64,000 nt of DNA. It comes from Psychrilyobacter atlanticus DSM 19335 (GTDB lineage: Bacteria; Fusobacteriota; Fusobacteriia; Fusobacteriales; Fusobacteriaceae). The notes under the pieces were generated by a model. The model was not told where the DNA came from. It worked only from the letters and a program-made list of their open reading frames with translations, and ran no database searches. The translations under genes were made by a program, and so were the position numbers. Where the stretch lies: NCBI RefSeq assembly GCF_000426625.1, contig NZ_KE384547.1, positions 1,477,159 through 1,541,158 of the forward strand, written 5' to 3'. Below are positions 58,487 through 64,000 of the stretch, piece after piece; the first letter of the stretch is position 1; the number at the start of each line of letters is the position of its first letter.

Positions 58487-59830
58487 ATGATGAAGAATAA
58501 AAAAGGAATAATTTATGTCAGAGAATCCACCAAAGACCAGGACTGGGAAGCTCAGCTTATAGAGTGTAGAAATTATGCTGCTAAACTGGGAATCGAAGTT
58601 GTAAAGGAATATGTAGATCAGATGTCCGGAGCCAGGAACGACCGGAAAGGATTCCTTGAGCTTCAGGATGATATAAAAAATGCTGAATTTGATATCTTAA
58701 TCCTATGGGAACTTTCTCGTGCCACCAGGGATTTCATAACCTATCGACTTCTATTCCAGAGTCTAAAAGAAGCCGATATAGAACTTCACTCCCTTCAGGA
58801 AGGTATCCTGGCTACTGATGATGATATAGATAAAAACTTTGGTATAGACATTATGGCTCTCCTAAACGAGAGGGAAAGAAAGATCGTCGGCCGTAGGATA
58901 AAAATAAGAAAAGACTCCCTCAGATATTCCGGTAGATGGGGAGGAGGGAGAACTCCCCTTGGATACTCCAGTAATGGCCCTGAATTATTTATAAATGATG
59001 ATGCTCCCTTAGTTCGTGAGATCTTTAATCTCTATTCAAAAGGTGAATCTATAGCAGCTATAGCTAGAAAATTTGGAATGAATGATCGAAAAAGAGTAGG
59101 CAGAATATTAAAAAATCCATTATATACCGGTAAAATAGTTATAGCCACTGAATCTGTCAATGGAAAAACTAAAGTATACAACCCCCCTAAACTAATAGAC
59201 GGGCTCCATGAACCCATCATCTCTGAAGAATTATTCTATTCCATCAATAAAATCAGGAAAAGTAATAAACCTAAGAGTTATAAAGATCATTATCTATTCA
59301 ATAATGTAATCTGCCAATGTGGAAAAAAAGCCTATCCCTGCAGAAATAAACATGGTCACCTCACATATGATTGTTTGAACCACGTACACTGGCATAGTGG
59401 CGCTATGTTGGAGGAACAGGTTATTGATATCTTAGAAAAAGAGATGGAAAAAATGACCCTAGAAGATGATGATCCAAACAATCCAAAAGTAAGAATTACC
59501 CTCTATGAAAATGAACTAAAAAAAATTATAACCAAGGAAAAAAACTTGTTAACTAAATACCTGGATGGAAAAGTTACTGAATCCCTTTTTGATTCTACTA
59601 GTTTAGAATTATCCAAAACAAAGAAAGGGATCCAGGAAGAAATAAAATCATTGAAAGAATACAAACCTAATACTATTAATATAGATAACAAAACTCTGTT
59701 AAAAAAGTACCTGAAAAAAATTAAAAATGAAAAGGACCGAAAAAAGATAAAGAAAATATTGAATTTAATAATTTATGAAATTAAATACGTTAATAATTTT
59801 AGAGCTGTAGTTATCACTAACCTTATTTAG
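58487..59830 (+). CDS. Large serine recombinase (phage integrase)
   Basis: N-terminal resolvase catalytic domain with IIYVRESTKDQ (serine nucleophile motif). Recombinase domain. C-terminal Cys-rich zinc ribbon (CQCGKK...CRNKHGH...C) and coiled coil. 447 aa. Confidence 0.8.
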   Translation: MMKNKKGIIYVRESTKDQDWEAQLIECRNYAAKLGIEVVKEYVDQMSGARNDRKGFLELQDDIKNAEFDILILWELSRATRDFITYRLLFQSLKEADIELHSLQEGILATDDDIDKNFGIDIMALLNERERKIVGRRIKIRKDSLRYSGRWGGGRTPLGYSSNGPELFINDDAPLVREIFNLYSKGESIAAIARKFGMNDRKRVGRILKNPLYTGKIVIATESVNGKTKVYNPPKLIDGLHEPIISEELFYSINKIRKSNKPKSYKDHYLFNNVICQCGKKAYPCRNKHGHLTYDCLNHVHWHSGAMLEEQVIDILEKEMEKMTLEDDDPNNPKVRITLYENELKKIITKEKNLLTKYLDGKVTESLFDSTSLELSKTKKGIQEEIKSLKEYKPNTINIDNKTLLKKYLKKIKNEKDRKKIKKILNLIIYEIKYVNNFRAVVITNLI

Positions 59831-59838
59831 GAGGAGCC

Positions 59839-60402
59839 ATGATTTTATATGACAAAATCAAAGCAAAATATAGTAAAGAAGAAATAAAAGAACTCTTAGG
59901 CATTTCTATTGGCGGAAGAATAATTCGAAATGAAATAAATGTGAATCCCAGCTCCATAAGCTCAAAAATAAATTTATTGGAACTCTGCTATACAATGGAA
60001 GATTTTTTTATTGATTATAAGGAAATCACTGATAAATATATAGAAAAAAATATGTATTATAACCTTTTTTTAAGGGGTTTAACTATAAATTATATTAAAA
60101 ATAAATTTGATTTAGAAACCCAAATATATGCATATTTAATCCGGGGTTTTGATTATAATGGTTTCACTAGAAACATGCATCTAGCTTTTGATTCTTTAGG
60201 GATTGTAGTAGATACCTCTCCCTTTACAGTAGATTTATATAAAACTCATGTAGAGCTCTTTGGAAAAAAAGAGGACCTGGAAAACTTTAGGAATAGATAC
60301 GGCATCAAATGGGAGCTCTGGTATGAGCCATACAGAAAGTCCTGGCATCTTGCCTTTAACGGCTGCCTAGCTGAATACATAAGAACTAAAAAAGCAGGAT
60401 GA
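59839..60402 (+). CDS. Hypothetical protein whose 3' end overlaps attR
   Basis: 187-aa ORF. Its last 8 codons and its stop lie within the 40-bp att repeat; the stop sits in the hairpin loop. Confidence 0.35.
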   Translation: MILYDKIKAKYSKEEIKELLGISIGGRIIRNEINVNPSSISSKINLLELCYTMEDFFIDYKEITDKYIEKNMYYNLFLRGLTINYIKNKFDLETQIYAYLIRGFDYNGFTRNMHLAFDSLGIVVDTSPFTVDLYKTHVELFGKKEDLENFRNRYGIKWELWYEPYRKSWHLAFNGCLAEYIRTKKAG

Positions 60403-60418
60403 AGCCCATCCTGCTTTT
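60373..60418. repeat. attR-like direct repeat containing a terminator hairpin
   Basis: Identical 40-mer to 9780..9819. Confidence 0.7.
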
Positions 60419-60434
60419 AATTTATTGGTTATTT

Positions 60435-61256
60435 TTACTTTTCGTCCAGATTTGTGAGCTTATAGATATCTCGCCCTGTAGCTTGTTTATTAGGAGTCAG
60501 CATAAGCTCACACACCTGTACATTTTGTGGCAGTGAAGTTGTATATACAATAACTTCCGCTACATCATCTGGAGTTAATGCTTCTATCCCTTTATATACA
60601 TTTTCTGCTTTTTTGTCATCTCCTCTAAACCTAATATTTGAAAACGGAGTTTCTACCATACCCGGTTCTATATTAGTTACCCTGATAGGAGTATCTATAA
60701 GATCTATCCTCATGGCATCGGATAATGTTTTTACTGCCGCTTTGCTGGCACAATAAACTCCTCCACCTGCATATGCTCCCCTTCCTGCTGTGGAACCTAA
60801 ATTTACCACATGACCATTCACTTTGGCCTCCAACATAAGAGAAATTATTTTTTTAGACATATATAATAATCCCTTTATATTTACATCTACAACATTGTCA
60901 AATGAATTATATTCACTTTCATGGATCTTATCCATCCCCAATGCTAATCCGGCTGAGTTTACCAAAATATCTATCTTTTTCCACTTATCTTCTAGTGAAT
61001 TAATACTATTTTCAACTTCTTTTGAATTAGATATATCTATCTGTAGAAGTTGAATTTCAATATTTTTTAGTCCTAATATCTCATCTCTAAGTTCCGCTAA
61101 CTTATCTAACCTTCTTGCCACCAAAATTAAATCATAAGATTTGTCTGCGTATCTAAGTGCTGCTGCTCTACCTATTCCTGAACTAGCTCCTGTTATTAAA
61201 ACAATTTTTTTCATTTTTGCCCCCCATATAAAATTTAAAATTTTGTTTACATTCAT
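60435..61256 (-). CDS. Short-chain dehydrogenase/reductase (SDR) family oxidoreductase
   Basis: TGASSGIGRA Rossmann motif. NSAG. Catalytic YxxxK (YCASKAA). Confidence 0.8.
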   Translation of the reverse strand: MNVNKILNFIWGAKMKKIVLITGASSGIGRAAALRYADKSYDLILVARRLDKLAELRDEILGLKNIEIQLLQIDISNSKEVENSINSLEDKWKKIDILVNSAGLALGMDKIHESEYNSFDNVVDVNIKGLLYMSKKIISLMLEAKVNGHVVNLGSTAGRGAYAGGGVYCASKAAVKTLSDAMRIDLIDTPIRVTNIEPGMVETPFSNIRFRGDDKKAENVYKGIEALTPDDVAEVIVYTTSLPQNVQVCELMLTPNKQATGRDIYKLTNLDEK

Positions 61257-61529
61257 TTTTTATTTTATCCTTTTTAATCTTTCTATACAAGTTTTTTATT
61301 TCAACATTTTTATAATTTCAATATCTCCATAAAATTTATCAGTAACTATCTATTAAACCGCTAGAATATACTATAATTTTGTATCTAAATATAGATACAA
61401 AATACCCTTTATTTAAACCCTCAATAAAGCACTTTTCTTGCCATTTTTCATATTATAGTGTATAAATAAGATGTAACACAATTTTTTTATAATAGATACC
61501 GTATCTATAGATTAACAAAAGGAGACAGG

Positions 61530-62597
61530 ATGGATGATCTTACCCACTGGGTTGAAGAGTTTCAAGATAATATGCAGGAATATGAAATATTTATATTTCA
61601 CCTACAGCAAAAAATTGAAAGGATTCTAAAAGACAATAATATATTCTATGTAAAGACAGAGGCTCGTGTAAAAAGTCTGGATAGTTTTAAAAGAAAATTA
61701 GAAATGAAAAAAAATAAATATCAAAACCCTTTGGAAGAGATGACTGATATCTTAGGCATCCGTATAATCACATATTATAGGGAAGACCTCGATGAGATTT
61801 TAAAACTTCTCAAAGAAAACTTTAAGATCGATTATAAAAATTCAACAAATAAACTTCAAAGTTTAAAATATAACGAGATGGGCTATCTGTCTCTCCACTA
61901 TATCTGCAAATGTAAACCCAGCCAAAAAAATCTTTATGGGTGCACTGATTTTAAATTTGAAGTACAGATACGAACTGCTCTACAGCATATTTGGGCTCAA
62001 ATTGATCATCAGTTAAGATATAAAACCCTTGCCAATATACCAAATAAAGTTCAAAGAAAATTATTTAGAATAAGTGCCATGTTAGAAAGTGTCGATGATG
62101 AATTTGATTCTATTAAACACGACGTTCAAGTAGTCGAGAATTTTTATAAGGACAGATTTAATGAGAAAGAATACAGCCTTCGTTTGGATCTTTCCAGCAT
62201 CAATTTCTATCTAAAATATAATGATAGGTTCATTCGTTCTATCTGCAAAAAATTAGGGGTCTTTCATTTCAATAATTTTGAAGTCGCAAAAGAGGAACAT
62301 TTGGAGAAAAAATTGATTAAATTTGCACTTCAATTCAATAAGAATAGAGTAATTTATATTGAAGAATTAGTTAACAGTATCTACAAAAATACAGACATTA
62401 TTCTAGATAAATTAGATAAAGATACCTTAAAAAAAATAAATTATGTGGTTAATTCCAGCTGTTCTTTTGTCTTAACATTTTTACTCCTACTAAATGAAGA
62501 TATTTTAGAGATACAAAAAATCTATAAATTAACAGATTCCAGTTTAGAAAAGATTAAAGATCTCAGAAAGATTATTTTATTGGGAGAACCTAACTAA
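61530..62597 (+). CDS. RelA/SpoT-domain protein (small alarmone synthetase-like nucleotidyltransferase with a C-terminal extension)
   Basis: Synthetase-domain motifs RVKSLDSFKRK, DILGIRIITYY and EVQIRTALQHIWAQIDH. About 150-aa C-terminal region of unknown function. Confidence 0.6.
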   Translation: MDDLTHWVEEFQDNMQEYEIFIFHLQQKIERILKDNNIFYVKTEARVKSLDSFKRKLEMKKNKYQNPLEEMTDILGIRIITYYREDLDEILKLLKENFKIDYKNSTNKLQSLKYNEMGYLSLHYICKCKPSQKNLYGCTDFKFEVQIRTALQHIWAQIDHQLRYKTLANIPNKVQRKLFRISAMLESVDDEFDSIKHDVQVVENFYKDRFNEKEYSLRLDLSSINFYLKYNDRFIRSICKKLGVFHFNNFEVAKEEHLEKKLIKFALQFNKNRVIYIEELVNSIYKNTDIILDKLDKDTLKKINYVVNSSCSFVLTFLLLLNEDILEIQKIYKLTDSSLEKIKDLRKIILLGEPN

Positions 62598-62659
62598 AAC
62601 ATAATTTTTAACTATCCAAAAATGCTCCTAATTTAGGAGCATTTTTTTAATTAAAACTA

Positions 62660-62920
62660 TTAATATAAAATCTTAAAATCATCGTAACTAAGTTCTAGAG
62701 TCTCTGTTTTTATTATGTTTTCAACATGACTGAAAAAGTTACCTTTTTTTATCTCCTTTAGGATCTCTTCCTGCCTGTTACTGTCTATGACTATTTCTAC
62801 ACTTCCATCAGGCAAGTTTTTTACACTCCCATTAAATTTTAACTTCTCGGATAATTTATAGACAAAATACCTAAACCCTACTCCCTGTACACGACCATAA
62901 ACAATATATTTATTAATCAT
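62660..62920 (-). CDS. Acylphosphatase
   Basis: VYGRVQGVGFRYF matches the acylphosphatase signature. 86 aa. Confidence 0.7.
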   Translation of the reverse strand: MINKYIVYGRVQGVGFRYFVYKLSEKLKFNGSVKNLPDGSVEIVIDSNRQEEILKEIKKGNFFSHVENIIKTETLELSYDDFKILY

Positions 62921-63830
62921 TGGTCATCATGCCCTCTAAGATATCGGCCTCTGAAACTATAATTTCATCCCTTTCTAAAACTTCCATTATCCACAACAAT
63001 AAATATGTTCCTGGAATAATTACCTCAGCTCTCTTTGGATGTAAACCTGCTATTTTTTTTCTCTCCTCCAGTGACAGTTTTGAAAACTTATCCAAATTTT
63101 TTAAGATATCTTTCTTAGTCAGCCTATACATATGGATCCTATCTGTATCATACTCCTCCATCTCTAAAAGTACACTTACATGGGTAGTAACAGTCCCAGC
63201 TACTCCTACCAATTTAAATGACTGATCTTTATACTTAGATAGTTTTTTCAAAATTTCTTTTACCCAAACTTCGCCATTTAAAAGTTCCTCTTTCTCCTTA
63301 AAGAATTTCTCCCCCAGCCTTACTGCACCTACATTGAAACTCTCTATATATTCAATATTATTTTTATCCCCTAGGATAAATTCGGTACTCCCACCGCCTA
63401 TATCAAACACCATAATTTTTTCATCAAATTCAGATACCGCACCAGAAAAACTAAGCCTTCCCTCTTCTTCTCCTGTAATACAATGGATCTCGAGATTTGT
63501 TTCTGCCTTTACCCGGGAGATAAATTCTTCCCTATTTTTAGAATCACGGGTAGCAGAAGTTGCAGTAACTTTTACCTCCTCTACACCATAGTCATCTATC
63601 TTTTTTCTATAAAATTTCAGTGTTTCTATGGTTCTATCCATAGCATCCTGACTTAAAATCCTGGTTTTATCTACATCTTGCCCTAATCTTGTTATTTCCA
63701 TTAATTTTAATATTTTATTTGTGATCTTCCCATCTTCCATACAGGCAATAAATAACCTGCATGAATTAGTTCCAATATCAATCACAGCTCTAGTTTTTTT
63801 TACACGAGTATTAATCATTGTCCCCACCAA
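62913..63830 (-). CDS. Ppx/GppA-family phosphatase (exopolyphosphatase / pppGpp phosphohydrolase)
   Basis: N-terminal actin-like ATPase motif VIDIGTNSCRL. DIGGGSTE. About 300 aa. The likely true start is the ATG at 63819. Confidence 0.7.
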   Translation of the reverse strand: MVGTMINTRVKKTRAVIDIGTNSCRLFIACMEDGKITNKILKLMEITRLGQDVDKTRILSQDAMDRTIETLKFYRKKIDDYGVEEVKVTATSATRDSKNREEFISRVKAETNLEIHCITGEEEGRLSFSGAVSEFDEKIMVFDIGGGSTEFILGDKNNIEYIESFNVGAVRLGEKFFKEKEELLNGEVWVKEILKKLSKYKDQSFKLVGVAGTVTTHVSVLLEMEEYDTDRIHMYRLTKKDILKNLDKFSKLSLEERKKIAGLHPKRAEVIIPGTYLLLWIMEVLERDEIIVSEADILEGMMTND

Positions 63831-64000
63831 ACATACTTCCTAATATACCTCCTGCTATTCCTCCAGCCAGCATATCTCCACCACTGTTACTCTGTCCTCT
63901 GTTGCTTCCTACTGCTGCACTTAATCTCTCAGCTAATTTTGATATTGGCATAGATTGTATATATACAGTCCCTGGCCCCTGTAAAGTTGCTAAAAATAGC
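63811..64000 (-). CDS. Hypothetical protein, C-terminal fragment only (Gly-rich tail)
   Basis: The reading frame is open from the window end to the stop at 63811..63813. It ends ...GGDMLAGGIAGGILGSMFGGDND. The N-terminus lies outside the window. Confidence 0.25.
   Translation of the reverse strand, partial: LFLATLQGPGTVYIQSMPISKLAERLSAAVGSNRGQSNSGGDMLAGGIAGGILGSMFGGDND

Larger units (their letters stand above)
9780..60418. mobile_element. Integrated prophage of about 50.6 kb (lambda-like head, contractile tail, serine integrase) bounded by direct repeats
   Basis: 40-bp perfect direct repeats at 9780..9819 and 60379..60418. The interior holds a complete phage structural, lysis, immunity, replication and integrase gene set. 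The exterior has convergent host genes VOC and SDR. Confidence 0.7.

Noticed and set aside
58404-58499. 31-codon ORF as a bona fide excisionase/RDF.
   Set aside because: It is too short and has no recognisable fold. It could be merely a coupling leader for the integrase. Mentioned under the integrase finding only.
61530-62597. CapRel-type fused toxin-antitoxin.
   Set aside because: The C-terminal domain lacks the Cys-rich pseudo-zinc-finger. The gene lies beside gppA and outside the prophage. Kept only as a low-interest finding.
1-64000. CRISPR array.
   Set aside because: No regularly spaced direct repeats of 25-40 bp were found. The only repeats are the att pair, the E1/E2 pair, the leader pair and coding repeats.

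Overview
AT-rich (~30% GC) bacterial chromosome segment. The host is probably a low-GC diderm anaerobe: it has an OmpA-domain outer-membrane protein and many c-di-GMP enzymes. The taxon cannot be named from sequence alone. An integrated prophage of about 50.6 kb (about 9.8-60.4 kb) dominates the window. It sits between convergent host VOC (9222..9734, +) and SDR (60435..61256, -) genes. It is bounded by 40-bp perfect direct repeats (9780..9819 and 60379..60418), each containing a GC-rich terminator hairpin. On the minus strand, from right to left, the prophage contains the following. A large serine integrase (58487..59830, +) with replication genes and candidate iterons. An immunity region with an XRE repressor, two small membrane-protein cassettes that each carry a conserved covarying leader hairpin, and a LexA/CI-like S24 repressor. 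A defence island holding type I R-M hsdR-X-hsdM-hsdS with an unknown gene inserted between hsdM and hsdR, a DUF4238 protein, a PD-(D/E)xK-like protein and a ParB-DNA-methyltransferase fusion. A complete lambda-like head plus contractile-tail structural module: small and large terminase, gpW, portal, ClpP-like protease, decoration and major capsid, an SPFH/band-7 protein, sheath, tube, a chaperone with a canonical -1 frameshift site, tape measure, baseplate and tail fibre. An endolysin (M15 peptidase) and holin lysis cassette. Finally, next to the left att site, a 'b-region'-like cargo module of c-di-GMP signalling genes: HAMP-HD-GYP translationally coupled to a periplasmic SBP, a membrane GGDEF cyclase and a GAF-HD-GYP. 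The left flank carries a partial UbiB kinase, a CrtI-like oxidoreductase, a PAS-GGDEF-EAL protein, a lipoprotein, a VOC protein, an epimerase, OmpA and HxlR. The right flank carries the SDR, a RelA/SpoT-domain protein, an acylphosphatase and Ppx/GppA. All calls come from motif reading only. No searches were run.
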